From NCBI RefSeq assembly GCF_009914755.1, contig NC_060925.1: a stretch of 64,000 nt of DNA; one strand, written 5' to 3'. Positions within the stretch are counted from its first letter, which is position 1. Each line of letters begins with the position of its first letter. Under the pieces are notes generated by a model that ran no database searches, was not told the DNA's origin, and worked only from the letters and a program-made list of their open reading frames with translations. Shown piece by piece: positions 25,071-40,770 of the stretch. Source of the stretch: the human T2T-CHM13v2.0 reference genome, Homo sapiens. A program made the position numbers and the translations under genes.

Positions 25071-26224
25071 ACAAATGTGCATTAATTTTACACTATGTTT
25101 CAGGCATTGTCTTAATTGTGTGGATATAACAGGATTGATTTTTGGCTTTCAGGCATTTAGCATGAAGACACTGATGCAGGAAAACATAACACCATAAGAT
25201 CCACTGAAACGTGGAATGGCATCTAACAGCTCCCCAAACATTAGTGAGTTAGCCTGGAAAAGTACGGGAATTTAGTTTTGTGGATATGAGTGATCCACTT
25301 TTTGCTTGGTTTTGATTTGGGGTCTGTGCCTTTTCATCGATGTCTCCATGGGTAAATTCGTACAATTTTGTGTTTCTGACAAATTGATGTACCATAGTTA
25401 TAGATATTTACTCGGCTTGTGTAATATCCAAACTGGAATTTCTAATTAAAGCTAATGCTGACTCATGACTCTTGAAGTCTCCTGAGATTGCTGTGGCCAG
25501 ATCCTGCTTGAAGGTCTCATCATGTATTTACTCATATACTCATTCATTAAGTCATTCATTTGACACATATTTATTCAGCACCCATTATATGCAAGTTAGT
25601 AGCTATGCATTAAGGTGGAAACAAAGATCAATCCGCAGATTTTGATCCTATCCTCAAAGAATGGACAGTTACTGAAATTTTGGGATCTGTGAGGGAACGT
25701 ATGATAGGAGGGAAATGAAGTGTCTAAAATCAGGGGACTGTGTCAAATCGGCAGCTATTCTGGCATAAGATCTGTAGAAATCAGCATCATACATCTGGAT
25801 CCTCCCCTCCTACCTACCTATGGATCTTCTTGGTCACTGTCCTCAGTAAAGAAAAGTATCAAGTATAAGTAGACATACTCAATTCATCATTTTTTTCAAG
25901 GAACATGTATTTTGTTTCCAAATGTGTCTATTGCTTTTCATAAAGAGCTTTCATTTTTCTTGGTAAGGAAATATGATAGCTGCACGGAGCAGCTAAGGAA
26001 GAACTCAAGCCTAGAGGTCCCAGTGGAGATTTAGAGTAATAAAGGTAAAAATGGTGGACTGTAAAGAAGTCTAAGATAATGTTATAAAAGTGCTATGTCT
26101 TAAATTGTACCTCAAAACAGCAGCATGAAAACAACAATGAGAAATTTGGGTAGGTGGAAAGAAAGGGAGAAGATAGAGAAAGAACCCAAATGTACCCCAA
26201 GGATGAAGGCAGAAATGAGCTTGG

Positions 26225-26520
26225 CACATTATGCTAAATGAAAGAAACCAGACATAAAAGACCACATATTGTAGGATTACACTTACATAAAATGACCAGA
26301 GAAGGCAAAGCTATGGGGACAGAGAGTGGGGCTGCAGATGGGAATGTGGATTAACTGCCAATGGGCATGAGAGATCTTCTTGAGGTGATGAAAATATTCT
26401 AAAACTGGATTTTGGTGATGCTTGCACAACTTGATAAACATTAAAAATCAGTAAACTATAAACTCAGAGTAGGTGAATTTTATAGTATTTAAGTTATACT
26501 TTAATTATGTTAAAAAATAA
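26225..26520 (+). mobile_element. L1MB/L1ME 3' end
   Basis: cattatgctaaatgaaagaaaccagacataaaagaccacatattg...ggtgatgaaaatattctaaaactggattttggtgatgcttgcacaac. Confidence 0.85.
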
Positions 26521-28679
26521 CAACAAAAAGAAATGTTTCTCCTGTGAATAAAGACTGGTAAGGAAATTGATATGGTTGCAGCTGTGGGGCCAGAGTCTCA
26601 GAGCAGACAAATAAATTGACCAAAGTCACACAGCTGGCAAGAAGTAAAACTTAGATTAAAGAAAAAGATAATTTGGCTCCAAGATAAGATTGGATAGGTG
26701 AAATGGTGACAATTGGAGGAGAATATTGGGTTAATGAGGAGAAGAGGATGAGCTTCATCTGAAAAACTAGGTGAAATATTTTTGACTCTTTGTAGAAAAT
26801 AAGCATGCTGAAAGCAGTATTTTAGAAAGTTTAATTTAGTAGCGGGAATCACAGGTGCAATATTTTTTTAGAAGCCATGATGGATGAATGAGTGCAGTCA
26901 TCTAAGTGAGGTGGGTCTTGGTTAGAGTTATGGAAGAGAAAAATCGGAGGGACATTTTGAAGGAAGAAGAGTCACGTCATGCTGACTGATCCCACAGGAT
27001 TAATTATATATGAAAGTGCTTTGAAAACTGACAAGTTTGTTAAAGAAATGGAAATGATGAATTTTTACTATTGAGCTTACTGAAAGCAGTAATCAAATAA
27101 GTGGAGATACTCAAGATGTTGTAGAGGAAAGGGATAGGTGTGGGAAAAATATCCTTCAGGGGATTATGAGATGGCTTATGAGTAGAGAGGGAGGTATTTC
27201 TGTAGGAAGGCAGCTGGTCTCTTCTGGGACTGCAGAGAAGTTGATGCCACACATCACACATATTACAACCTATGCGATGGGTGCCATGCTGGATACAGCA
27301 GAGGTTTACTAGGCAGAGGTTTTGGTTGCATGTGACAGAAACCCAGCTCAAATTCATTTAAGAAAAAATGGAGTATGTTGTTACGCAATATTAGAGAGTC
27401 CAGGAATTGCATGAGCAATATCTTTTTAAAATCTGTTGGCTACATTACATCCACTCTATGTTTGCACAGTATGTCTCATGTGAAAACAAAGAACAATGAT
27501 CATTGAAATTCATTTGTTAATTGTTCACTCCTTCTTCCAACAAAACTTTATTCAAAACCTTTTATATCAAAGCATGACCAGGTGTAATAAGAAATACACA
27601 TGTTCCAAGTCCCAAGGAACTTACATCTAATACACTGCCTGGAGGATATTAGGCCTCGTACAGCAATTGGGCAAATGTTTCTCTCTCCAACTGGGGTCTG
27701 CAGTATATGTGGAACAATCTGAACAGTTCTTTCCTTAATCAGCTAGAGAGAAAAAAAGTCAACTAGACCTTCCTTTCCCTTCTTTGATATTTGAGATATT
27801 CTTGGAATGGTATTTCATTGCCCTTTGGTGGAATAGCTCACGAAGCCAAATAATACTTTGTGTAAACTACAGACTTTCCGAAAGGGTGTGTTTGAAATTT
27901 TTGACTCAGCTAACTTTCGTCAAGTTAAACATTAAAGATTAGGAAGGAATTTAAGCATTTGTAGAAAATTGGGACAAATTTTTGTAAATTAAAGAAGAAT
28001 TAATTAAAGAAAGCTTATTATAGTCAACAAGTTTTTGGGAGCTCTATTGTGTGACATGTGTCCCCCAAATTGATTTTAAAAAATTATTACCAAGTAGGAG
28101 GAGTTGGTGTTTATTCCAAGTTTGTATTTCCAGCTACCTGCATACCATGGAGACACAGTAGGAGAGGGCCTCTTTTATAAGTTCTCTCAGATAAGCCTGA
28201 AGGGTTTATTAAAAGCATAACATTTGCGTACACTAAGTGCTGTCCCTTGTTTTTCACTAGAGTAAGCTGAAACTTGGAAAAGTCTAGAAAGCAGATTGAG
28301 ACCATCAGTTTATCCCAGTGGCAGTATTCAGACATGAAACCAGGTCTCCTTTTTATTTGACATTCTTGGATCACTTGTTTTAACTTCCTAGCAATTCACA
28401 GTTGATTGGTTGAACCATGCCCTCTCCAATACAAACAGTAGAATCCTATTTTTCCCACTCTCCTACTTGCCCACAGGTCACCATAATATATAGATTAATT
28501 TCAGAAATATGTTTCTAAAAGGTTAGTCTTTAAATTTCCCCAACTTCCCGCCATCTCCTTTTAGCTCATCCTGAAGAGCCAGAATACTGTGAAGATTCAG
28601 AGCCGGGGTGAAAAAAGAACTGGGCTTTGGTCCCAGTTCTACCAGTTGTTAATGACTACAGAAAGGTACTTAATAGTGA

Positions 28680-29070
28680 TAGTAGGTTGCATTCGTGTCC
28701 TGCAAAGTTTCACTCTCTTCCACTCCTTTCATGGGGGCTGTATTTTTCCACCCCAGTGATACTAGGTTTGGCCATGTAATTTACTTTGTCTATGATAGGT
28801 TATCAAGGGGAGGCTTTAACCAGAATGTTACCAACATTGAGTTCCAATGTTAAATATGCTTGCCTAGTTTTATTTGGCCTCATGTTCTTTTGCCATCAGC
28901 TGTGAGAAAAGTAAGCTCTGGGGAGCTGCTGGTCCTGGAATGAAAGACAGCTTAAGCAAACTCGAGCCAATTTACAGCCTGGAGCCTAGTCAGCTGATCT
29001 CAGCTCAGCTCACAGAGTCACAAGTCACCCTAGCCAACCCACAAACTTATGAGTGAGAAAAATTGTATTA
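28680..29070 (+). mobile_element. MLT1H/I-like LTR
   Basis: ggtttggccatgtaatttactttg...gctgtgagaaaag...gcctggagcctagtcagc...gccaacccacaaacttatgagtgag. Confidence 0.6.
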
Positions 29071-29513
29071 TACTTATTTCCATAACGTTGTGAAGATTCA
29101 TAAAGATGATATACGTAACATGTTTAGGACATTACCTATCACATTGTAGAAAACAATATTATTCATTATTATTTATTACTGTTTAGTAAACCATGGCCTT
29201 CCCAATAGTAAACACATCATTAAAACATGCTGGTATACTTATGTCACCTGGATATAATAGAGCAAAACCTTCCAAAGAAGGAGGAGTGCATGCAGTATTA
29301 TGATAAAGCTGAACTCATCACCATTGGTTACACCTGTCCCAACTCCCCAAATCCTTGCTGGGTTAATGGATGACATGAGCCCCTTGGTGGTTGGTAGGTC
29401 TCTTCTTTCTACAGAATACCTTAGCTCTTCTACCTAGGCCTGCTACCTCCAGAGCAGATGAAGAAAGTGGTATTGAGCTCCTTTTCATACACTTGTTAGC
29501 AATTTTTATGTAA

Positions 29514-29889
<376 letters not shown>

Positions 29890-29931
29890 TAAATTGTATT
29901 ATTTGGTTTCCACTATTGAGTTGTAAGAGGT

Positions 29932-30614
<683 letters not shown>

Positions 30615-31385
30615 GAGTTCTTTATAAATTTTAGATATCAACCCATTATAAGATTTGTAGTTTGCAATTATTTTTTCCCAGTCCATAGGTTGTCTTTTCA
30701 TTTTGTTGATTGTTTCCTTTACTGTGAAGAAGCTTTTAAGTGTGATGTAGTATCATTTACTTATTTGTGTTTTGGCAGCTTGAACTTTTGACGTTATATC
30801 CAAAAAACATTGCCAAGGCTACTATTGAGGACCTTTTCCCCTATGTTCTCTTCTAGGAGGTTTATGGTTTCAGATCTTATATTTGGTTTTAATTCTTTTT
30901 CCCTTCATTTTGAGCTGATTTTTGTGTATGGTGTAAGGGTCCAATTTCATTCTTTTGCATGTAGAATTATAGTTTCCACAGCACCATTTATTGAAGCAAC
31001 TACTCTCTTCCCATGGTGCCCTTTTGGTGCTCCTGTCTAAAATTAGTTCACCATATATGTTTGGATTTATTTCTTGGGTCTCTATTCTATTCCATTGGTT
31101 TATGTTACTGTTTTTATGCCAATACCATACTGTTTTGATTACTATAGTTTTATAATATAATCCAACATCACTAATCATAAGGGAAATACAAATTAGAACC
31201 ACTATGAGATATCACCACACACCTCTAAGAATGGCTATTATAAAAAAGACAAGCAATAACAAATGTTGGTGATGGTATGGAAAAAAGAGAACCTAGTACA
31301 CTGTTGGTGGGAGTGTAGATTGGTAGAGCCATTCTGAAAAACAGTATTAAAGTTCCTAAAGAAATTATAAATCGAACTACCATAT

Positions 31386-32129
31386 TGTGTCCAGAATTGG
31401 TTCCTTCCAGTGGGTTCTTGGTCTCGCTGACTTCAAGAATGAAGCCGGAGACCATTGCGGTGAGTGCTACAGTTCTTAAAGATGGTGTGTCCAGAGTTTT
31501 TTCCTTCAGATGTTCAGATGTGTCCAGAGTTTATTCCTTCTGGTGGGTTTGTGGTCTCACTGACTTCAGGAGTGAAGCTGCAGACCTTCGCAGTGAGTGT
31601 TACAGCTCTTAAAGGTGGGGCATCTGGAGTTGTTCATTGCTCCCGGTGGGTTCGTGGTCTCCTTGGCTTCAGGAGTGAAGCTCCAGACCTTCGTGGTGAG
31701 TGTTACAGCTCACAAAGGTAGTGCAGACCCAAAGAGTGAGCAGCGGCAAGATTTATTGCGAAAGAACCATCCACAGCATGGAAGGTGACCTGAGCGGGTT
31801 GCCACTGCTGGCTTGGGTGGCCAGCTTTTATTCCCTTATTTAGCCCTGCCCACATCCTGCAGATTGGTCCATTTTACAGAATGCTGATTGGTCCATTTTA
31901 CAGAGTGCTAATTGGTCCGTTTTTACAGAGTGCTGATTAGTGCATTTACAAACCTTTAGCTAGACACAGAGTGCTGATTGGTGTGTTTTTACAGAATGCT
32001 GATTGGTGTGTTTACAAACCTTTAGCTAGACACAGAGAGCTGATTGGTGCATTTACCATCCTTTAGCTAGACAGAAAAGTTCTCCAAGTCCCCACCTGAC
32101 CCAGAAGCCCAGCCCAGCTTCACCTCTCA
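31386..32129 (-). mobile_element. LTR12 (ERV9) solo LTR, short type
   Basis: tgtgtccagaattgg...cagcttcacctctca; 4-bp TSD atat (31382-31385, 32130-32133); repeated gctgattgg (CCAAT) units at 31860-32050. Confidence 0.96.
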
Positions 32130-32202
32130 ATATGACCCAGCAATTCCTCTTCTGGGTGTATATCCAACGAGATAAAGTCACTACCTTGTAAACACATCTG
32201 CA

Positions 32203-32715
<513 letters not shown>

Positions 32716-33169
32716 CTAGGTGAAATAAGCCAGACTCAGAAAGAAAAATATTGCGTGATTTTACTTATGTGGAATTTAATATGTGGAATATTAAAAAACA
32801 GGGCTCAAACACACAGGGATAGAGAATGAAACTGTGGTTAACATTGGTAAGGATGGAAGAGAGAAAATAGGGAGATATAGGTCAAAGGATACAAAACATC
32901 AGACATGTAAGGAGAACAAGTCTAGATATTTAATGTATAATATGAGGAGTAAAGTTAATAAAATTGCACAGTATTAGGGTTTTTGTTAAATAAGTTCATT
33001 TTAGCTGCTCTTGTCACACACACAAAGTAACTATGTGAGATGATAGACAGGTTAATCTGTTTCACTATTGAAACCATTTTACTGTTACTATGTATCCTGC
33101 ATCATGTTGTAAACCTCAAATATAAACAATACAATTTAGTTCTTTTAAAAAAGAATGTGGTGTTGGCGA

Positions 33170-34573
33170 CTAGAGCAGACACACTCAATGCCCAGCTGGT
33201 ACCTCCTAGGCTCACTTCTGAGTTTCATACGCATTAAAATCTTTGTCCCTTTGACACTTGGATATCTCTGCTTCTCAGCCTGGGAGCTTTCTCGGGTACC
33301 AGGGCAGCTTGTTCAGAAGTGAGGAAGAACCTCTGGGGCAGTCCTCAAGCCTTTAAGAGATGGGATTTGGTGAATTAGTACTGTAGCTTTCCTGTCCCTC
33401 TGTGAGACATTTTGAGGAATATTCTATTAGATCCCATCAGGCTTGAACCTCAATTTCCTACAATGGTAACATGTTCATGGACATACCTGTATACGGAAAA
33501 AAAAAACTGTTTCACACCACTCCCAATATTTCCCTTCTGACACCAGATAGGTGGGTTTTTTCCCACACCAAGAAATTCTCCAACACCATTCTGCTGTCCT
33601 AAAATTTAACAAAATTCCAATACTCTCTACCTGGAGATAGCATCAAATTTCACAGGTTAAAGACTCAGTTCCACAAGACTGCCCTTACTTACAGATGCCA
33701 GTTGCAAGTAGTAGGTCCCCAGGTTACCAACAACTTCTTCTGACTTAGGTCATATTGGAGGTTCCCACAACACCCTCCTTGGGTTTGAGAATTTGAGTGG
33801 CTCACGAAATCCAGGAACTCAGTTTACCTAGTATGGTTGACTTGTTACAAAGGCTGTTTTAAAGGATACAAATGAACTGTCAGAGGAAGAGGCCTATAGG
33901 GTGAGGTTCAGAAGTGTCCTGCACATAGGAGCTTCTGTCTCCATGGAGTTGGGATGCGCCACCCTCCCGACACGTATATATACTCTTGTTCACCAACCTA
34001 GAAGTTTCCTGAACCCTAAAGTTCAGGGATTTTTGTGAAAGCTTCACCACACACAAGTGGCTGATCATTAATTCCATTTCCAGTCCTTTACCTATTTTCT
34101 GGAGAATAGGGAGTGGGGCTGAAGGTTCCAAGCTTCTAGTCATGGCTTGGTCTTTCTGGTGACCGGCGCCTATCCAGGAATCCATCAAGAGTCAACTCAT
34201 TAGAGCAAAAGATGCTCCTATCATCCAGGAAATTCCAAGGGATTTAGGAGCTCTGTATCAGATGCTCCTATCACTCAGGAAAGTTCAGTGGTCTTAGAAG
34301 CTCTGTATCGGGAGCCAGAGTCAAAGACCAAATATTGGAAAAAAAGATACTTCTCGCACCCCTATTTACAAGGGTTTTAGAAGCTGTATGTCGGGACCTG
34401 GGGCAGAGGCCACTTTATATATTTCTTACTATTCCATAATACCCTTTACTGGTTTTTATCCATTTTTTTGTCTTACTTTACTCACTCCCCCGCTTATACT
34501 TTCTTGAATGATATCCCAAGTAAGCTTCAAGTCCCTTTCTCAGGACTTGTTTTGGGGAGTACCAATCTCAGAA
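33170..34573 (+). mobile_element. LTR16-family (ERVL) LTR, split by MER21
   Basis: ctctgcttctcagcctgggagctttctc...gatcccatcaggcttgaacctc...|ctttactggtttt...ctcaggacttgttttggggagtacc. Confidence 0.6.
33488..34438 (-). mobile_element. MER21B-like LTR
   Basis: ctacctggagatagcatc...cagttccacaagactgccc...catggcttggtctttctggtgacc...repeated gatgctcctatca; TSD atacc (33483-33487, 34439-34443). Confidence 0.85.
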
Positions 34574-34779
34574 AAGTGGCTTAACTCATCTTTTCCCCTT
34601 TTGTCCACCTTGCCTGCTAGTCTGACAGGGGGACCATGGCAGATATCAACACATATATTGAAAATCTGGTAATAAGTTTTAACTACATTTTCCTTAATTT
34701 TGTATGTAATGGAAGCCAGTGTTCTTATTTGGACAAGGTTATTGCCTTAAGAGAAGGGAGCTGTTACACCTAAGGTTGT

Positions 34780-35320
34780 GTATCCTCCCCAAGGATGGTC
34801 CACAACAAATGGCTGGTTGATGTGGAGGTTTAAAGCTTTACCCCACTTGCCTCAATCTGGTATAAGTCTGAAGGGGATTTCCAGCTTCAGACCCCTTATA
34901 AGGTTGGAATCGCCTGAGGCTTCTGTTACAACTGCATCACAGTTCAACTTCTTCTGTCCATTTCTGCTTCTCTTACTCCCTTACAGCCTTCTCCCCAAAA
35001 GCATTTCCCAGTAGATGCCCTGTGTGTAATCTCTACCTCACTTTTTGTGTCCAGGTGTTGCTAGGAATGGTCTTAGGAAGTGGACTCTAAAATGGGATTT
35101 GTAGCTGGATCATGCACCGTCCAGCTGGCAACAAGGACTCCATCATAAGTATTAAGTGGAGTGCTGATCGCTTCCTGGCTTGTTATTATGGTGTTGTTAG
35201 TAGAATTGGTGGTGAGCAGTGATGGGATACCTGTGGAAGGCTGGTACAGCATTTCAGGAATTCAAAAGATAGCGGTAAAATAGTCATTGTAGACCATGGA
35301 ATCAGGTAGCTGTTGCTTTA
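34780..35320 (+). mobile_element. LTR16-like LTR 3' part plus start of ERVL (ERV3-16A3-like) internal sequence
   Basis: ctgaggcttctgttacaactgcatcacagttcaacttc...then gttgctaggaatggtcttaggaagtggactctaaaatgggattt. Confidence 0.55.
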
Positions 35321-35598
35321 AATTTTTCCTGATTTAGTCAATGGAACAAAATGGAGATTTCAGAAATAGACTTATAGTTGGTTGTTTCTAAACAGAGGTG
35401 CCAAAGTGATTCAGTGGGAAAAGATCCTTAAAACAAGTGGCTCTCAAACAACTGGAAATCCAGGTGTATAACCATGTACCTAAACCCTGTCTCATGCCGT
35501 ACACAAAAATTAGTTCAATATGAACCTTAGACTTTAATATAAAAATCTAAAACTGTTAAGCTTTTAGAAGATAATATAGGGCAGTAACTTAGGGCAGG

Positions 35599-35953
35599 CA
35601 TCTTAGTCTATGTTGTGCTGCTATAATGGAATACCTGAGACTGAGTAACTTATAAAGAACAGAATTTTATTTCTCACAGTTTTGGAGGCTGGGAAGCCCC
35701 AGATGAAGTCATTGACATCTGCTGTCTGGTCAGGGCCTTTTTGGTGCATCCTCACTTGGCAGAAGGTAGAAGGCCAAGAAAAGGGACAAATTCTCTCTAC
35801 AGCCATTTGTGGGAAGGTGCGTAATCCCATTCATAACAGTGAAGCCCTCATAATTTACTCACCTCCCAAAGGGCTCAACACCCAATACTGTTGCATGGGG
35901 GACTGAATTTTCTTATGAATTTTGGCGGGGATGAAAACATTCAAACCATAACA
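35599..35953 (-). mobile_element. MSTB/MSTC-like solo LTR
   Basis: tcttagtctatgttgtgctgctataatggaatacctgagactg...aaacattcaaaccataaca. Confidence 0.88.
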
Positions 35954-36797
35954 ATAAGCAAAGATTTCTTAAATAGGATAAACAGCAATAGTAATTTTTA
36001 AGAAAGAGAAATTATACTTTCTCAAAATTAAAAAACTTTTACTTATTAAAAGACAACAGTAAGAAAATAATTAGGCAAGCTACAGGTTGTGATAAAATAT
36101 CATACAGTTATATTAAATAAAACCCTTAAATTCAGAACATATAGAAAATTCTTCCACTTAGTAATAAAAAATTTGGGAAAAGATTTGAATAGTTTAGACA
36201 CTGCACAAAGAAACATGGTTAATAAACACATATAAAACTCATTGACATCATTAGTCGTCAGGGAAGTAAAACTATAAATCACAATTAGATACTACTCCAC
36301 ACCCATTAGAATGACTAAAATTACAAAGACTATCAACAATAAATCTTGGCAAGGATCTAGAGCAACTGAAACCCATATACATTGCTCGGGAGGGGCGGTA
36401 TAAAATGGTACAAGCACCTAGAGTGTAATCTGGCAGTTTCTTATAAAGTTAAACATAACCTCTATGACTCAGAAATTATACTGCTAGATATTTACCCAAG
36501 AAAAATGAAAGTATATGTCTAGAAAGACTTGATTGAAATTTCATAGCAGTTTTATTCACAATAGCTAAAAGCTGGAAACAACTCAAATATCCATCAACAG
36601 AAAAGTGGCTAGACCAATTTCAGTATACAATACTATTCAACCATAAAGAAGAATTAAACACCTATATATGCAGTAACATAGATGAATCTCAAAATCATTA
36701 TGCTGAGGGAAAGAAGCAAGACATGTCAAACTATATTTTGTATGAAGATCTGGAAAAGGCAAAACTAACTGTGTAGTGAAAAAGATCTCAATAGTAG

Positions 36798-38210
36798 TGA
36801 AGCCGTGGACCCTCGCGGTGAGTGTTACAGCTCTTAAGGTGGCGCGTCTGGAGTTTGTTCCTTCTGATGTTCAGATGTGTTTAGAATTTCTTCCTTTTGG
36901 TGGGTTCATGGTCTCGCTGGCTCAGGAATGAAGCTGCAGACCTTCGTGGTGAGTGTTACAGCTCTTAAGGTAGCGCGTCTGGAGTTGTTCATTCCTCCCG
37001 GTGGGCTCGTGGTCTCGCTGGCTTCAGGAGTGAAGCTGCAGATCTTTGCGGTGAGTGTTACAGCTCATAAAAGCAGTGTGGACCCAAAGACTGAGCAGTA
37101 GCAAGATTTCTTGCAAAGAGCGAAAGAACAAAGCTTCCACAGTGTGGAAGGGGACCACAGCGGGTTGCCACTGCTGGCTCGGGCAGCCTGCTTTTATTCT
37201 CTTATCTGGCCCCACCCACGTCCTGCTGATTGGTAGAGCCCAGGGGTCTGTTTTGACAGGGTGCTGATTGGTGCGTTTACAATCCCTGACCTAGACATAA
37301 AGGTTCTCCAAGGCCCCACCAGAGTAGCTAGACACAGAGTGTCCAATGGTGCCCTCACAAACCCTGAGCTAGACATAAATGTTCTCCAAGGCCCCACCAG
37401 AGTAGCTAGATACAGAGTATCGATTGGTGCACTCACAAACCTTGAGCTAGACACAGGGTACTGATTGGTGTGTTTACAAACCCTGAGCTAGAGACAGAGT
37501 GCCGATTGGTGGATTCACAATCCCTGAGCTAGACATAAAGGTTCTCCAAGGCCCCACCAGACTCAGCAGCCCAGCTGGCTTCACCCAGTGGATCCCACAC
37601 CGGGGCTGCAGGTGGAGCTGCCTGCCAGTCCCACGCCGTGCGCCTGCACTCCTCAGCCCTTGGGTGGTCGATGGGACTGGCTGCCGTGGAGCAGGGGGTG
37701 GCACTCGTGGAGGAGGCTCGGGCTACCCAGGAGCCCACGGAGCGGGTGGGAGGCTCAGGCTTGGCGGGCTGCAGGTCCCGAGCCCTGCCCCACGGGAAGG
37801 CAGCTAAGGCCTGGCGAGAAATCGAGTGCAGCGCTGGAGGGCTGGCACTGCTGGGGGACCCAGTACATCCTCCGCAGCCGCTGGCCCGGGTGCTAAGCCC
37901 CTCATTGCCGGAGCCGGCAGGGCCGGCCGGCTGCTCCGAGTGTGGGGCCCGCCAAGCCCACACCCACCCGGAACTCCAGCTGGCCCGCAAGCGCCACACG
38001 CAGCCCGGGTTCCCGCTCGCGCCTCTCCCTCCACACCTCCCTGCAAGCTAAGGGAGTGGGCTCCGGCCTTGACCAGCCCAGAAAGGGGCTCCCACAGTGC
38101 AGCGGTGGGCTGAAGGGCTCCTCAAGTGCCGCCAAAGTGGGAGCCCAGGCAGAGGAGGCGCCGAGAGGGAGCGAGGGCTGTGAGGACTGCCAGCACGCTG
38201 TCACCTCTCA
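36798..38210 (-). mobile_element. LTR12C (ERV9) solo LTR, CpG-rich, lacking about 44 bp of its U5 end
   Basis: Right end ...cagcacgctgtcacctctca; CCAAT/gctagac repeats at 37225-37560; GC/CpG-rich 37600-38200; TSD gtag (36794-36797, 38211-38214). Confidence 0.96.
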
Positions 38211-38559
38211 GTAGTTTCTTCTGCAGGTAGAGATTACCTGAGAAAGAGCACCTGGGGTCTCCCAAGAGTGAAGGAAATATTTCATATATTGATATGGGTC
38301 TGATTATACGGGTGTATTCACTTTTCAATTCATCAAACTATAACACTTAAAAGCAGAGCATTTCAATGTATATAAATTACACTTCAATAAAATAAAGAGT
38401 TAAAAAATATAAGTATACTAAGGAACTTTATTAAAAATTTGAATACAGACTTTCTTGAACTTGATTACCTTTCACATTCTCTTTCTTTTAATTATTTGCT
38501 GAGGGAATGATTATATTGGAGAGTGCTTTTAAATGAGTAAATTGCTGTTAAAAATTTCT

Positions 38560-38950
38560 AATTTAGAAATCCATTCTGAGAAAACAATTTAAAGTACAGA
38601 CCAATATGTATATGCAAAGTCATTTATTAAAGTGTTGTAAGTTATGTTTACATTAAATGAAAATGAAACAAAAAATGGTAAAAAATAATGGTACATTCCT
38701 ATAAAGAACTATTTCACAACTAAAAATCTTAAGCGTTATTTAATGAAGAAATATTAATAAATAAATTAAAAATATTGTATAGTACTGAAGATAGACTTGC
38801 ACAGATAGCAATATTTTATACATGCAAATAATATGTGAATGGGAAACTCTAGGCAAATATGCATCAGATTATTCATAACGATAATTTCTGGGATTATTTT
38901 ATTCTTTTTAATTTTATCATGTCTTTTTACTTCTTTTATAATCTGAAATA
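38560..38950 (+). mobile_element. L1ME-like degraded 3' fragment
   Basis: atgtatatgcaaagtcatttatt...aaataatggtacattcctata...gataatttctgggattattttattc. Confidence 0.45.
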
Positions 38951-40770
38951 AATCATAAGAGTTATAAAGTTTTACTCTAAAACAAAGGTAAACCTAATTA
39001 AAAGCCCTGAGTTTTTTTCTTTGCTCTTTTATAGCCACTCAACTTTGGACAAATTATCTATAGAAGCATGTGGGAACCCACTAAGCTTTCTCAGAAATCA
39101 ACTCTTAGTTGTTGCAGAAAGAGGATACTGAATTAGATTTCTTTTTCCTTCATGATGCAACTTTCTCTTTTCTCCCCTCTGGGTTTTTCTCCCCTCTCTT
39201 CTCTCCATCCTGCTCCAATTCTGCTAGTCTGTGAACCATGAAGAGCAGTGATGCTTTTTAGGAGATGCTAGCAAACACTGATATCACTAACATCCATGCC
39301 ATTCTAGAAATACATTTAATTTGGCTCCATTTCCTAGTCTGCAAACTTGTTTTAATCAGAATTGGAATCAGTGTGATAAGAAGTCAGGTACATCTCAGTC
39401 CCACTGTTTGGTATTTTGCTAATATTAAGAGAGCTCAGTACCCTGTAAGAGATCTCCTTTCACAAGAAGTGTTTCTCTAAGCCTGTCAGGCATTGGCACG
39501 GTGATTACTGTAGAAAAATAATTTTTTACATCAAATTAGTTTGCGAAAACCAAGGCAATGAGTAATTGCATATAAGAGGAGGTGAAAGAGAGTGAGGAAA
39601 GAAGAAGGAATGTCAAAAATATTTCCACAGGGTATTATTTTATTTACCCAAAAGCAAATCCAAAGGTTGCTACAGGACAGTGCACATAAAACAGGTCTGC
39701 AAAGGGAATCTTCTACAAAAAATGCTGCCTTGCCCGCTTCACTGGCAGTTGAGTTCACAGTAGAAATACATTCAATTCCACATAGTAATAGTGCTTTAAT
39801 AACAGATGAAAATATGTTTTATGGTGTGTGTTGATAACTAAATGCTTATCCTATATATAGAAATTCAAATAATTGGAATTTCTCATAGCCAGCATCCATT
39901 TGAGACCACTGAAGAATACCTTGATATAGAAGGTTAAAGTCAATAGACTGTGTTTTGGTTATTTTTCAGAAGATGTCTGCTGTATGTTTAATATACTATA
40001 TTTGTATTATGGGCTCTGGTTCCTGTAAATCTGAGGTCTCTCTTTCTTGAATGAATGAGGAGATAAGCAATTGAATTTGAAAGATACTTTATGCAACAGA
40101 AAAGCAATTTTGTTCCTGGTTATCAGAGGGCAAGAAGTGAACTAGCAATTTAATGCTAAATATTTTTAACCCTTGGGAATCTGGTTGGCTTTGAGCCCAC
40201 TAAAGATTACATTTTTTCAATCCATCTCAGCTTATTGTGTTTCATATAACAGAGGAGTATTTTGTTAAAAATTTACTCAATTTAAAGTAATTACCTTTTA
40301 TTCTTACTGGGTATGGATTTGATGTTATAGTATCTCAAATTTCTATTTTTAAAAGGAAGAAAAGGAAGATTTCATTTCTACAAATGAAGACTCATGAAGC
40401 ATGGGATACTGTTTTGCTTTGACAAAGGTCACTTTGTGATGGACTGGTGTTGGTTTTAACCATTATTCATTATGGTCTCTGAAATTCTTGGTGCTTCCAT
40501 GGTAAAGTAAAAGAGGCTGGCATTTTCCCATTACATTTCATGGTGAAAATCTCTTTGCCCGCCTCCATTTGTTCTCCCCAAATAATTTTAAAAGGAATTA
40601 TATGACTTAAAAATTACTTGTTTTAAATGCTTTACTCCTGAATCTTTGAGAATAATAGTACTATAGTGATTATTTATGGGTGTATCTGCTACTGTTTTTT
40701 ATTCAATGTTTTTGAAAATTATGACATGCAAAAGTGTGATGTTGTTTGGGTTATCATTTGATAGCACACT

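Larger units (their letters stand above)
35330..38400 (+). mobile_element. Old L1M (MC/MD/ME) 3' region, interrupted by MST and LTR12C
   Basis: cacaaaaattagttcaa...acccattagaatgactaaaatt...atttacccaagaaaaatgaaa...atgaatctcaaaatcattatgctgag; resumes at 38211 and runs to aaattacacttcaataaaa. Confidence 0.85.

Noticed and set aside
31860-32070. CRISPR-like or novel repeat array (also 37225-37560)
   Set aside because: These are the known internal CCAAT-bearing tandem repeats of ERV9 LTRs; there are no unique spacers and the context is eukaryotic.
37474-38328. Dense overlapping ORFs of 70-156 aa
   Set aside because: All lie in the GC-rich LTR12C body, where stop codons are scarce; no recognisable protein domain.
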